DNA from: Polyangiales bacterium
Lineage (GTDB): Bacteria > Myxococcota_A > Polyangia > Polyangiales > JADJQN01
Direction of reading: 5' to 3'
Assembly (NCBI GenBank): GCA_964202905.1
Contig: CAXNJO010000002.1
Location: 1 to 64,000 of the forward strand
DNA: 64,000 nucleotides
Positions within the stretch are counted from its first letter, which is position 1. Each line of letters begins with the position of its first letter. Below the pieces are notes generated by a model. The model did not search any database, had not been told where the DNA came from, and saw only the letters and a program-made list of their open reading frames with translations. Shown here piece after piece: positions 1-10,736 of the stretch. Position numbers and translations under genes: made by a program.

Positions 1-72
1 AGCCTGCGGATCTACGAGGGCGCCAACGAGGTGCAGCGGCTCCTCATCGCGCGCGAGATCCTCGGCGCGTGA
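1..72 (+). CDS. 3' end of acyl-CoA dehydrogenase family protein (partial)
   Basis: Frame 1 reads SLRIYEGANEVQRLLIAREILGA*, the typical ACAD C-terminal IYEG-x-NEVQR motif; the stop overlaps the next GTG. Confidence 0.85.
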   Translation, partial: SLRIYEGANEVQRLLIAREILGA

Positions 73-1286
73 GCGAGCCCGACTGGCGCGACGCGCTCCG
101 CGGCTCGTGCGCTGCGCTCGTCGACGCGGCGCAGCGCTTCGCGCCGGGGCCGTTTCCACGCGGCGCGGACGGAGTGCGCGCCCTCGCGGCGCGGCTCCGC
201 GCACACGCCGACGACGACGCAGCGGGTGAGCCCGAGGACCGCGCCTTCGTCGAGGGCGCGGGCGCGCTGCTCGGCTTGCTGCTCGTGGATCACACCGGGG
301 GCGGCGCCCTCGTGCGCCGCGACGGGGTCGCGCGGGTCCGCGTCGGCGAGCGCGGCTTCGTCGATCCCTTTGCCATCATGGAAGGATCCCTCGACGCGGA
401 TCGCCCGCGCGAAGCGCTGCGCGCCGCGCTCGCGCTCGCCGAGGCCGAGGCGCGCGGCGAGGGGCCCTTTTCCCGTGTGAGCGCGGCCGTCGAACGCTGC
501 CTCGCCGAGTCGCGCCCCGCGCTGCGCGTCCAGGCACGCTTCGAGGCGTGGCTCGCGCTCGAGGACGGCACCGAGCTCGACCTGCGGCGCCTCGTCGACG
601 CCACGCGCGATCAGCCGGCGCCCGCGGTGCTCGCGGCCGCGCGCAAGCTGGTCGCGATGATCCCCGGCGGGCCCGTCGCGATGGACGCGAGCGAGTCGTG
701 GGCGACGCTGCGCGCCCGCGTACTGCCGCGGCTCGTTCCAGCGACCTTCGACGCGGGGCCGGGCGCACCCGCGCTCTGCCTCGCGCCCCTCACGACGCCG
801 GGCGGCCTCAGCGCGGCGCCCGACATCGCGGTCGCGATCGTCGTGCCCGAGGGGGGGCGCGCGCGCTACCTCCGCGCCGACGACGCGGTGCTCCGGACCT
901 GCTCCGCGGACGCGGTGCGGGCGCAGGCCCTCGCGAACCTCGCCGCGCGCTCGGGCACGGCGCGCTTCACGCGCGTCGACACCCCCGCTGGCCCGCTCAT
1001 CGTCGCGCGGACGGGCGATGGCCTCGACGCCGCGCGCCTGCTGCTACCGGGCCTGCACGCCGTGCTCGCGACCGAGCTCGGCTCGCCCTGCGCCGTCGCG
1101 GTGCCGCACCGGGACACGCTGCTCGCCTGCGCGGCGTCGTCGCCCGAGGCCGTCGCCGCGCTCGCCGCGCGGGCCCGCGACGAGGCCGCGCGCGCGCCTC
1201 ACCCGATCAGCGGCGCGGTGCTGAGGCTGGGGCCGGACGGCCTCGCGCCGCCTGCGCCGCCGACGCCCGCCGTCTCCGCGCGCTGA
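69..1286 (+). CDS. DUF1444 (YtpQ-like) domain protein with N-terminal extension
   Basis: C-terminal GDGLDAARLLLP and AVAVPHRDTLL resemble DUF1444 motifs; GTGA overlap with the upstream gene. Confidence 0.65.
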   Translation: MSEPDWRDALRGSCAALVDAAQRFAPGPFPRGADGVRALAARLRAHADDDAAGEPEDRAFVEGAGALLGLLLVDHTGGGALVRRDGVARVRVGERGFVDPFAIMEGSLDADRPREALRAALALAEAEARGEGPFSRVSAAVERCLAESRPALRVQARFEAWLALEDGTELDLRRLVDATRDQPAPAVLAAARKLVAMIPGGPVAMDASESWATLRARVLPRLVPATFDAGPGAPALCLAPLTTPGGLSAAPDIAVAIVVPEGGRARYLRADDAVLRTCSADAVRAQALANLAARSGTARFTRVDTPAGPLIVARTGDGLDAARLLLPGLHAVLATELGSPCAVAVPHRDTLLACAASSPEAVAALAARARDEAARAPHPISGAVLRLGPDGLAPPAPPTPAVSAR

Positions 1287-1398
1287 CCCGCCGACGCCCG
1301 CGCTCCGGCGCCCACGCGCCGACGCCCTCTGGCCGCGGTCACCCCGCGCAGCGCGACGCCGCACGCAGCACGGGGCCGCCATCCGCGCGAGGCTGCGA

Positions 1399-2658
1399 TC
1401 AGCGTCGCGCGCCGGCGCCTTGCAGGAGTACGTCGTGCGCTTCCTCGAACTCGAGGCCGAGGTAGCCCGTCCGCACATGCCGCACGAACGCCGCGATGGG
1501 CGCGGGGTGCTGCTGCACGCGCAGCTCGACGCGCGCACCGCTCGTGAGCGGCGTCGCCGACGCGACGAGCGCGCCGCGCGGCGAGAGATCGACGAGGCGC
1601 ACCGACAGGATCGCGCCCGCTCCGCGCAGCTCGGCAGGCCAGTCGACCGCGACGCGCACCTCGCGCCGCAGGTAGGGTGTGAGGTTCGCCCCGAACTCGT
1701 CGTCGCGCGGCTCCGGCAGCGACTCCAGCTCGGTGAGGGCGCGCGCGCCCCGGATTTCGCCGAGGTTCGCGCTGAGGACGTGCTCGGCCACCTGCCCGAA
1801 GGCCCGCGCGATGGGGCCGCTCGGGTGTTGGTACAGGTACGGCTTCCGCACGGTGATCGAGCGGCGCAGGTCGGCGTCGAGTGGCAGCTCCGCGACCACG
1901 GGCAGCGTCACGCCGAGGAAGTCGCGCGCCATCCGCGCGAGCGCGAAGAACACGTTGCGCTGCGCGGGCCCCTCGACCTGATTGCCGACGATCGCGCCGC
2001 CGAAGCCCGCGATCATCGCGCGCATCCGCGCCGCGAGCTGCGGGTGCTGCTGCTCGACGCGCGCGATGCTGTGCCCGCCGCGCTCGGTCTCCGTGCGGTC
2101 GCTGGCGCTCGCGATGAGCTCACGCTCCTCGTCCGTCTGCGCGGCGGCGCGGAGCGAGCGGTGCACCGCGCCCTTGATGAACGCGTAGGCGTTCTGCACC
2201 GACGTGAGCTGCGGGGTCGCGACGACGAGCCGCACATCGCCGAGATCGAAGAGATCGAGCGTGTTGTAGGCGGTCCCGGCGCCGACGTCGACGATGACGA
2301 CGTCGGCGTCGATGCGCCGTATGTGCCCGAGAAGCTTCATCTTCTGGGCGTGGCCGAGGTTCGCCGAGCCGACGACGGCGCCCGTGCCGGGCACCAGGAA
2401 GAGCCGCGGCTCGCCCGTCGGGATCGCGACCTCTTCGAGGCTGCGCGCGCGGCGATCGAGGAGAGCGCCGAGCGTCGCGCCCGGCTGGTCGATGCCGAAC
2501 ATCGTGTGCAGGTTCGCAGCGCCGAGGTCGGCATCGACGAGCACGGTGCGCATGCCGAGCCGCGCGAGCGCGATGCCGAGGTTCGAGGCGACGAGGCTCT
2601 TGCCCGCGCCGCCCTTGCCTCCTCCGCATGACACGACCAGCGCACCCGAGTTCTCCAC
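1399..2658 (-). CDS. FlhG/MinD-family P-loop ATPase with C-terminal PilZ domain
   Basis: Deviant Walker A GGKGGAGKS, LVDADLGAANLH, IVDVGAG; PilZ motifs RREVR and VDLSPRG; start taken at GTG 2658 within track ORF 1399..3960. Confidence 0.85.
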   Translation of the reverse strand: MENSGALVVSCGGGKGGAGKSLVASNLGIALARLGMRTVLVDADLGAANLHTMFGIDQPGATLGALLDRRARSLEEVAIPTGEPRLFLVPGTGAVVGSANLGHAQKMKLLGHIRRIDADVVIVDVGAGTAYNTLDLFDLGDVRLVVATPQLTSVQNAYAFIKGAVHRSLRAAAQTDEERELIASASDRTETERGGHSIARVEQQHPQLAARMRAMIAGFGGAIVGNQVEGPAQRNVFFALARMARDFLGVTLPVVAELPLDADLRRSITVRKPYLYQHPSGPIARAFGQVAEHVLSANLGEIRGARALTELESLPEPRDDEFGANLTPYLRREVRVAVDWPAELRGAGAILSVRLVDLSPRGALVASATPLTSGARVELRVQQHPAPIAAFVRHVRTGYLGLEFEEAHDVLLQGAGARR

Positions 2659-2805
2659 GCAGCGCTCCCTCGACCCGCGGTCGACCCGACGAAATACGGC
2701 GGCGACCGCCTCCGCCTTTAGCAGACGGCGTGACGGCGTGCGTCCCCGCGGCCCGCGCCACGCGCGGAGTTGACCGGCTCCGGGGGCTCTGCGACCTTCG
2801 GACCG

Positions 2806-3912
2806 ATGTCCACGCCGGCGCGCCACGCGCGGCTCTCGACCAATCTCCGGCTCGCTCCGACCCGCTACGAGCCCGTCGCGCGGATCGCCACGGGCGGGAT
2901 GGCGGAGGTCTGGCGCGCGAACGCCGTGTTCGAGGACGGTGAGTCGCACCCGGTGGCGATCAAGCGCGTGCTCCCGCAGCTCGCGACCGACCCGCGCTTC
3001 CGACGCATGTTCGAGGACGAGGCGCGGCTCGGGATGCTGCTGAAGCACGCGAACATCGTGCGGATCTACGACGCGCGCGCCGTCGGCGACTCGCTGCTGA
3101 TGATCATGGAGTTGGTGGACGGCGCACCGCTGAAGGCCCTCACCGACCACGCGATCGCCCGCGGCGTGGGCTTCCCGCTCGCGGCGGCGCTGTACATCGC
3201 GCGCGAGCTCTGCCGCGCGCTCGCGCACGCGCACGACGCCACCGATCGGGAGGGGCGGCCGCTCTCCGTCGTGCATCGCGACGTCTCCCCGCACAACGTC
3301 CTGCTCGGGCGCGACGGCGCCGTGAAGCTCGCCGATTTCGGGCTCGCGAACGCCACGTCGAACGCGGACGCGGACCCAGGCGGCATGGTGGGCGGCAAGC
3401 TCGGCTACCTCGCGCCGGAGCTGATCGCGCAGCAGCCGACGACGCACGCGATCGACGTGTTCGCGGCTGGCATCGTGCTCTGGGAGCTGCTCACGGGCCG
3501 GCGCCTCTTCGGCCGCGACACCGACGAGGAGACCGTCCGCGCGGTCGCCCGCTGCGAGGTCGTGCCGCCGTCGCACCTCAACCCGGCGGTGCCTGCGACC
3601 GTCGACGCGCTCCTCGCGCGCGCGCTGCACCCGGACCCCGCGCAACGCACCCCGGACGCCCGGACGCTCGCCGACGCGCTCGACGCGCTCATCGCCGCGA
3701 CCGACGACGCCGTGGGCCCGAAGGACGTGGGCCTGCTCGTCGGGCTCTTCCTCGCGGGGCAGCGCAAGAAGCCCGCCGAGCCCGTGGAGGACGTCGCCGC
3801 GCTCCTCGCCGCAGAGCTCGAGCGCTTCGTCCTCGACGCGGACGCGCGGCCCGACGCGGGCACCGCGCCGCTCGACCCTGCGGAGTTTCTGACCCTGCGC
3901 GCGCATCGCTGA
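2806..3912 (+). CDS. Ser/Thr protein kinase (Hanks type)
   Basis: GGMAEV, VAIKR, HRDVSPHNVL, KLADFG, GKLGYLAPE, DVFAAG. Confidence 0.93.
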   Translation: MSTPARHARLSTNLRLAPTRYEPVARIATGGMAEVWRANAVFEDGESHPVAIKRVLPQLATDPRFRRMFEDEARLGMLLKHANIVRIYDARAVGDSLLMIMELVDGAPLKALTDHAIARGVGFPLAAALYIARELCRALAHAHDATDREGRPLSVVHRDVSPHNVLLGRDGAVKLADFGLANATSNADADPGGMVGGKLGYLAPELIAQQPTTHAIDVFAAGIVLWELLTGRRLFGRDTDEETVRAVARCEVVPPSHLNPAVPATVDALLARALHPDPAQRTPDARTLADALDALIAATDDAVGPKDVGLLVGLFLAGQRKKPAEPVEDVAALLAAELERFVLDADARPDAGTAPLDPAEFLTLRAHR

Positions 3913-3943
3913 TCGGCGGGCCGCGACCCGCGCGCGGCCCGGG

Positions 3944-5818
3944 TCAGTCGAGCGCGGCAATCAGCGGTTCGAGCAGCGCGTCGAGCGCCGCGAGGCGCGC
4001 GGCGAGGCCCGGTGGCGCAGCCACTTCGTGGTGCCCGACGCGCATGCGCGGCGCATCCGGCGCACGCGGCCCCGCGGGCGTCGGCGCGAGGAAGAGGGCA
4101 GCGAGCGCGGCGCCCTCCGCGACGAGCCCGCGCCACACGGCCGGGTCGCGCGGGGGCACGAGGCGCGGGTAGTCCTCGCGGAGCGCGCCGTCGAAGCGCG
4201 CCCGGTACGCGGGCGACGAGAGCACGGCGAGCGCGTAGTGGACGAGCGAGACGCCGTCGATCGCGAGGCCGAGCGCGTCCTCCCACGCGCGGGCGTCGGC
4301 GTTCGCGGCGCCCTCGGGCGTGTACGCGGGGAAGGCGCGCGCCCGACACGACGAGCGCGCGGAGATCCAGCAATTGTCGGGCACCGCGGCGACGACGCCC
4401 ACGTGCGAGAAGGGTTGCGCGCCGCGATCCTTGCGCGTGGCGACGAGCGCGAGGCCGCCGTGCGCGACCGCGCGCGCGAGCTCGGGCCGCGGGCGGTGGC
4501 AGAGCGGCACGATCGGGCAATGCCAGCGGAGGTCGAAGGGCCGGTACGCGAGCGGGGCGATCACGACCTCGTCGTTCGCGAGGGCCGCCTCGAGCCGGTC
4601 GCGCGCGCGCTCCGGGGAAAAGTGCGCCGACCTGCGGAGGAGCGGCGCGAGATCCGCGTCGCGGGCGCCGCCGGCGAAGCGCAGCAGGCGTGCTCGCAGC
4701 GCCTCCGGCGAGCGGTCGACGACGGCCGCGTCGCGGTTCGTCTGCACGCCCTCGCGGTGGAAGGGGAACAGCGCGTCGAGAGACGGCCAGCCCGCGTACG
4801 CCGCGGGCGCGCGCGCCCCCGTCACGGCCGTGAAGCGCCACGCGGGACCGCTCGGGGTGGAAGCCTCGCCGCACACGTCGTCCGCCGCGAGGCAAGCGCG
4901 CTTCTCGTCCGCCGTGCCGCGGAGCCGGGCGTGGGTGAGCACGCCGCCGCGCGGCTCGGTGTCCCCGGGCGGCGTAAGTGTCGCGACCGCGGGCCCGCGC
5001 GCGGCGAGCGTGATGGCGACGCACGGACGCACGCGGAACACGTTCTCGTCGCGCCCCGCGGCGCGCGCGATGAGCGCGCTCCCCCCGAGATCGACGATGT
5101 CCAGCGCATCGAACCAGCGCAGCAGCGCGGCGCGCAGGCCGCGGTGCACCGGCCCGTCGAGAAACGAGCCGTTCGTCACGAGCGCGAGCACGCCGCCCAC
5201 GTCGCTGCGCCGCACGAGCTCCGCGCTCCAGCGGAGAAAGCGCACGTAGTCGTCCGAGAGCACGCCGAGTTTGCGCTCACCGCGGACGTCGGCACGGAAG
5301 TCGTCGAGGAGCGCCTCGGAGAGCGCCCCGCCCCGGCCCGCGCCCCGTCCGGCCCACGGCGGGTTCCCGAGCACGACGATCGCCGCCCCCGCGACCTCGG
5401 GCTCGCCGAGGGGCGCGAGCGACGCGAGCGTGTCGCCCGCGCGCAGATCGAGCGTCACGCCCGCCGCGCGCGCCGGGCCCGCGAGGACGTCGCGCGCCGC
5501 GTCGAGCGCATCCGGGTCGACGTCGAGGCCCACCAGCCGCCGCGTGCGCACGGGGTTGTGCGGATCACGGGCGGTCGCGGCGAGCCACGCCGCGCCGAAG
5601 ACGCCCGTGCCGCACGCCGGATCGACCACGACGACGTCGCGCCCGGGGCATGCGCGCGCGACGGCTCGCAGAGCGCGACGGGCCATGAACGCCGCGACCT
5701 CGCGGGGCGTGTGGACGACGCCGCGTGCGCGTCGCCACGCGGGCGCCGTCGCGCGAAGGGTGACGTCGCGCGCTTCGGCGGTGCGCTGCGCAGCGGCCTC
5801 GACGTCGTCCGGCTCCAC
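3944..5818 (-). CDS. N6-adenine DNA methyltransferase with type ISP (LlaBIII-like) C-terminal specificity region; no nuclease or helicase
   Basis: Motif I VVDPACGTG, motif IV GNPPW, LSDDYVRF, GVQTNRD, YRPFD, RPRPEL, YRARF...DYPRL; GTG 5818 has AGGAG upstream (track ORF starts at 5866). Confidence 0.8.
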   Translation of the reverse strand: MEPDDVEAAAQRTAEARDVTLRATAPAWRRARGVVHTPREVAAFMARRALRAVARACPGRDVVVVDPACGTGVFGAAWLAATARDPHNPVRTRRLVGLDVDPDALDAARDVLAGPARAAGVTLDLRAGDTLASLAPLGEPEVAGAAIVVLGNPPWAGRGAGRGGALSEALLDDFRADVRGERKLGVLSDDYVRFLRWSAELVRRSDVGGVLALVTNGSFLDGPVHRGLRAALLRWFDALDIVDLGGSALIARAAGRDENVFRVRPCVAITLAARGPAVATLTPPGDTEPRGGVLTHARLRGTADEKRACLAADDVCGEASTPSGPAWRFTAVTGARAPAAYAGWPSLDALFPFHREGVQTNRDAAVVDRSPEALRARLLRFAGGARDADLAPLLRRSAHFSPERARDRLEAALANDEVVIAPLAYRPFDLRWHCPIVPLCHRPRPELARAVAHGGLALVATRKDRGAQPFSHVGVVAAVPDNCWISARSSCRARAFPAYTPEGAANADARAWEDALGLAIDGVSLVHYALAVLSSPAYRARFDGALREDYPRLVPPRDPAVWRGLVAEGAALAALFLAPTPAGPRAPDAPRMRVGHHEVAAPPGLAARLAALDALLEPLIAALD

Positions 5819-5915
5819 GCCGGCGACTCCTAGCACGGCGGCGGAGCGCGCCGCGGCCCACCACACCGACGCGGCACGTTGCCCGGCCCCGGCGGGTGCC
5901 TACGTCCCAGAAGCC

Positions 5916-7294
5916 ATGTGCAGCGCCTCCGCGGGAGACGACCTCGAGACTTTGACGGATCGTCCGGAGCGCAAGCCCGCGATCTCCGGCGCCATCCCTG
6001 CGCCGGTGCGCCCATCCGGGCCCTGGCGCGTCCGCGCGGCCGAGGCCTTCGCGCCAGGCACCGTCGTCGATGGGAACTTCCGCATCCTCGATCGCGTCGG
6101 CGAAGGCGCGATGGGCGTCGTGCTGCGCGCGCACGATCTGCGGCTCGATCGCGACGTCGCGATCAAGGTCATTCGCCCCGCGGCCGTCGAGCGCCCCGAC
6201 GCGCGCGAGCGTTTCCTCGCGGAGGCACGCGCGATGGCCCGCGTGCGCCACCCCAACGTCGTCGAGGTCTACACGCTCGGCGAGTGGCTCGGGCTCCCGT
6301 ACCTCGTGATGGAGTACGTGCACGGCATGACGCTCGCGGAGTGGCTCGAGCTGCGCGAGGGCCGCCCTCCGACGCTCGACGAGGCGCTCGGCGTGCTCGA
6401 TCAGCTGCTGCTCGGCGTCGAGGCCATCCACGCGTCGGGCGCGGCGCACCGCGACCTCAAGCCGGGCAACGTGCTCGTGGGCGCGGGCTTCCGCGTGGCC
6501 GTCGCGGATCTCGGGATTTCCCGGCGTTTTCTCGAGTCGCGCGACCTCGCGGCGCTTGAGGTCGCGGCACGCCGCTCACGATGGCGCCCGAGGTCGTGCT
6601 CGGCACCGTCGGCGACACGCACTCGCTCGAGCGCGTCGACGTGTACGCGCTCGGCGTGCTCGCGTATCGCCTCCTCGTGGGTCGCTATCCCTTCGAGGGC
6701 CGCGACAGCACAGAGCTCATGGCGAAGCACGTCTCCGAACGCCCGCCCGCGCCGCGCTCGCTGCGGCCCGATCTGCCGGCCGCGTTCGAGCCCGTGCTGC
6801 TCGAGGCGCTGGAGAAGGCGCCCGCGCTCCGCACGGCCTCGGTTTCTCTCTTTCGGGCGGGGCTCATCGCTGCGCGCGAGGCGGCGCGCCGCCCCTCGAG
6901 CCCCCTCCGCTTCCTCGTCGCGGACGACGACGCCGCCTTCCGCGGCTTTCTCACACAGCTCCTGTTGCGCGGCTTCCAGGGCGCGACGGTCGAGCAGGTG
7001 CCGGACGGCGCGACGGCCCTCGCTGCGGCCGAGCGCAGCCCGCCGCACGCGATCATCACCGACCTCGACATGCCCCGCATGACGGGCCTCGAGCTGACGG
7101 CCGCGATCCGCGCCAACCCCGCGCTCGCGGCAGTGCCCGTGATCGTCGTGACGGGCAGCGGCACGCCCGCCGACTGGCGCGCCCTCTCCCGCGTCGGCGC
7201 CGACGCCTACCTCGTCAAGCCGTTCGACGCCGCGCACGCGATCGCGGTCCTGCGCGCGATGCTCGAGCGCCCGCGCGCCGCGAGGGAGGCGTGA
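5916..7294 (+). CDS. Ser/Thr kinase fused to C-terminal response-regulator receiver (frameshift ~6566)
   Basis: GEGAMGVV, VAIK, HRDLKPGNVL, DLG in one frame; GTPLTMAPE, DVYALG and receiver motifs (ADDD, TDLDMP, KPF) in the next; one missing G in gtcgcggcacg restores EVAGTPLTMAPE. Confidence 0.88.
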
Positions 7295-8522
7295 GCCTGA
7301 CGCACGACGACGAGGAGCTCGCCGCGCTCGGCGACCGCGACACGCTCGCGGGGAGGCTCTTCGCCGACGCCCCCTCGCGTGGATCGTCGTCGCGCACGAC
7401 GGCACCATCGTCCACGCGAACGCGCAGAACGAGCAGACCTTCGGCTGGTCGCGTGAGGAGCTCGTCGGCCGGGGCGTCGAGCGGCTCGTGCCGGCCCAAC
7501 TCCGGCACGCCCACGCGGAGCTGCGGGCGGGCTTCGTCGCGGCGCCGCGCACACGCGCGATGGGCGTCGGGCGCGAGGTGAGCGCCGTACACCGCGACGG
7601 CCACACGTTCTTCGTGGACGTCCAGCTCAGCGCCTTCGCGACGCGCAACGCGGCGTACACCTTCGCCGTCCTGCGCGACGTGACCGAGCGCCAGCTGGAG
7701 GCCGCGCGCCTCCGTGAGCTCGCCGATCACCTCGCCCACGCGAACGAGGCGCTCCGCGCGCGGGCGGAGTCGCTCGCGCGCCTCGACGCCGAGAAGAACG
7801 CGCTCCTCGGCATGGCCGCGCACGATCTCCGGACGCCCCTCTCGGTCGTCCTCGGCTACGCGGAGTTGCTCACGGACATGCCCCCCGACGACCCGATCCG
7901 CGCCCACCGCGAAGTGCTCGACATGATCGTGCTCACGGCGCGCCAGATGGCGCGCATCCTCGACGACCTGCTCGACCTCGCGACCGTCGAAGCCGGCACC
8001 CTGCGCCTCGCGCGCTTCCCCGTCGATCCACTCACGGTCGCCGCCGACGCGGTCGCGGTCGCCGGCCTCTCCGCGGGGCGCCGCGGCATCACGCTCACGC
8101 TCGAGGGAGAGCCGGGGTTGCCGACCGTCGATCTCGATCCCGACCGCTTCGGGCAAGTGCTCGGCAACCTCCTCGGCAACGCGCTGAAGTACTCGGCGGA
8201 CGGGCAGCCCGTGCACGTCCGCGTGGCGCGCCGCGGCGACGACGCCGTCGACTTTTCGGTCATCGATCAGGGCCAGGGCATCCCCGACGCGTACCTCGCG
8301 CACATGTTCCGGCCCTTCGAACCGGGCGGAAACCAGCCCGCACGCGGCGAGCGCTCGACGGGCCTCGGCCTCGCGATCGTCAAGCGCATCGTAGAGGCCC
8401 ACGGCGGCTCGGTATCCGTCGAGAGCGCGCTGGGCCAGGGCACGTCCTTCCACGTGACGCTGCCGATCGTGCCGCGCCGGAGCACGCCGCCCCCGTCTGC
8501 GCCCATCGCGCTCAGCCCGTGA
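7291..8522 (+). CDS. PAS-domain sensor histidine kinase (frameshift ~7372)
   Basis: PAS (WIVVAHDGTIVHANAQ...FGWSREEL), AAHDLRTPL, NLLGNALKY, DQGQGI, GLGLAIVK; one missing C in a C run joins the frames; GTGA overlap with the kinase-receiver gene. Confidence 0.88.
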
Positions 8523-9402
8523 AGCGATCGACCAGCACGAAGCCGAAGAACGCGAGGGACACGTAGCCGTTCAACTCGAAGAACGCCTTGTCGATCCGCG
8601 ACAGGTCGCCAGGTTTCACGATGGCGTGCTCGTACGCGAGCAGCGCGACGACCACGCCGACGCCGACGAAGTACGCGACGCCGCGCGCGAGCACGTGCCC
8701 GACCCCGAGCAGGCACACGACCGTGCCGACGTGCATGAGCGCGCTCAACGCGAGCGTGCCGCGGACGCCGAGCGCGACGGGGATCGAGCGGAGCCCCTGC
8801 CCGCGATCGAAGTCGCGGTCCTGCAACGCGTAGAGCACGTCGAAGCCCGCGACCCAGAGCGCGACGCCGATGACCAGAAGCCAGGGCGCGAGCGTCACCG
8901 GTGCGCCGAGCGCGATCCACGCGCCGCCGGGCGCGATGGCGATCGCCGCCCCGAGCACCACATGACACAGCGCCGTGAAGCGCTTCGTGTACGAGTAGCC
9001 GAGCGCGAGGCCGAGCGCGACGGGCGACAGCGCGAGCGGCAGCGGCCCGAGCAGCGCCGCGGCCCCGACGAAGAGCCCGCACGTGACGACGACGAGCACC
9101 GCCGCCGCGCGCGGCGTGACCTGACCGCTCGGGATGTCGCGCGTCGCAGTGCGCGGATTGAGCGCGTCGAAGCGCCGATCGACGAGGCGGTTGAAGGCCA
9201 TCGCCGCGCTCCGCGCGCACACGACGCAGAAGACGATGAGCGCGATGCGCCACCACGCAGGCTCCGCGAAGCGCGACGCGAGCACCGCCGACGCGAGGGC
9301 GAACGGCAGCGAGAACACCGAGTGCGAGATCGTGACGAGCGAGCCGAAGCGCCGGAGCTGCGCCCCGAGCGGCGGCGCGCCACCCGTCTGTGCATGGGTC
9401 AT
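8512..9402 (-). CDS. UbiA-family prenyltransferase of futalosine menaquinone pathway (MqnP-like)
   Basis: HSVFSLPFA, RSAAMAFNRLVDRRFDALNPRT, YSYTKRFT, GFDVLYALQDRDFD; multiple TM segments; lies in the mqn cluster. Confidence 0.9.
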   Translation of the reverse strand: MTHAQTGGAPPLGAQLRRFGSLVTISHSVFSLPFALASAVLASRFAEPAWWRIALIVFCVVCARSAAMAFNRLVDRRFDALNPRTATRDIPSGQVTPRAAAVLVVVTCGLFVGAAALLGPLPLALSPVALGLALGYSYTKRFTALCHVVLGAAIAIAPGGAWIALGAPVTLAPWLLVIGVALWVAGFDVLYALQDRDFDRGQGLRSIPVALGVRGTLALSALMHVGTVVCLLGVGHVLARGVAYFVGVGVVVALLAYEHAIVKPGDLSRIDKAFFELNGYVSLAFFGFVLVDRFTG

Positions 9403-10729
9403 GAGCGGGTCTCCCAGGTGCCATCGACGTCGGCCCGCGCGGGCCGTCGAGCGTCGTCCTGTCCCTCCGCGCGCGCGGAACGCGCAGCCCCGAAGGCGCT
9501 GCCCGGCGGCACGAGCACCGCGCGCGTCGTCGCCCGCTCCGAGAGCAGCCACGCCTCCGGGTCCGGCGGCGCTGCCCCCGCCGCATGCGCGAAGGCGACG
9601 ACGCCCGGCGCGAGGCCGACCGCGAGCGTGCCCGCGACGTCGTCGACGCGCAGCGCCCGCGCGCCCCACCCCGTCGCCATCGCGACCAGCGCCCGCGGCG
9701 CGACCCGCGGAAAACGCGCCCGCAGCGCGCGCGCCTCGCCGAGCACGTCGAGGCCCGGCGCGGAGGCGAGCGAGTCGGTGCCGAGCGCGGGCCGGACCTC
9801 GGCCGCGAGGAGCGCCTCGAGCGGCGGCAGACGCAGCTCGATGTGCAGGTTCGAGCGCGGGCAGAGCACCACCGGCGCGCCCGCCGCCGCGACCAGCGCG
9901 AGCTCGTCCGGCCGCGCGTCCGCGAGGTGCACCGCGAGCGCGTGCGGTCCGAGAAGCCCGACGGACTGCGCATGACGCACCGCGTCAACGCCGGGCGACA
10001 CGTGCGCCGCGAGCGGCACGCCGCGGCCCCGGAGGAAGTCGGCGAACGGCCCGCTCCCGTCGCGCAAGAAGGCGCGCTCCGCCGCGTGCTCGGCGAGGTG
10101 CACGCTCGTGAGCGCGCCGGCCGCGCGCGCGTCGGCGCCGAGCGCGGCGAGCACCTCGCGCGCAGCGTGTACACGGTGTGCGGCGCGAGCGTCACCGACA
10201 CGTTGCCGGGCAGCGCGCCGAGCGCCTCGAGGCGCGCACGCAGCCCGTCGCGCATCGCCTCCGCCGCGGCACGCCCGAGCCCGAAGACCTCCGCGAACAC
10301 CCGCGCGAGGAGCGGTCGCCCCGCGAGCGCGGGCACGCCCGCGAGCGAGTTGGTCACCTCGCCGACGGCCGCGGTTCCGGCCGCGACGAGCTCCGACACG
10401 GCCGCGTCGATCGCCTCCGCGTCGTGCTCCGGCGCGGCGCGCGCGCGCTCGTCCACGAGCGACGTCACCCATGGCCCGAAGCCCCGCCCACCCGGCACGC
10501 GGCCGCGCAGCGCGGAGAGTTCGAGGTGCGTGTGCGCGTTGACGAACCCCGGCACGAGCACCGCGTCGCGGGGCGCGTCCCACGCGGCCTCGGGGTGCCG
10601 CGCCCGCAGCGCGCCCGCCTCGCCCACCGCGACGACCACGCCGCGCGCGTCCACGACGACGGCCCCCCCGCGGATCGGCGGCGACTCGCCGTCACCCGTC
10701 AGCAACCAACTCGCCGCGATGCCCCGCAT
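9399..10729 (-). CDS. Amidohydrolase, probable aminofutalosine deaminase (frameshift ~10160)
   Basis: PGFVNAHTHLELS, APHTVY, VHLAEH, LCPRSN, LGTDSLAS split over two track ORFs; embedded in the mqn operon. Confidence 0.8.
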
Positions 10730-10736
10730 CCGCCGC

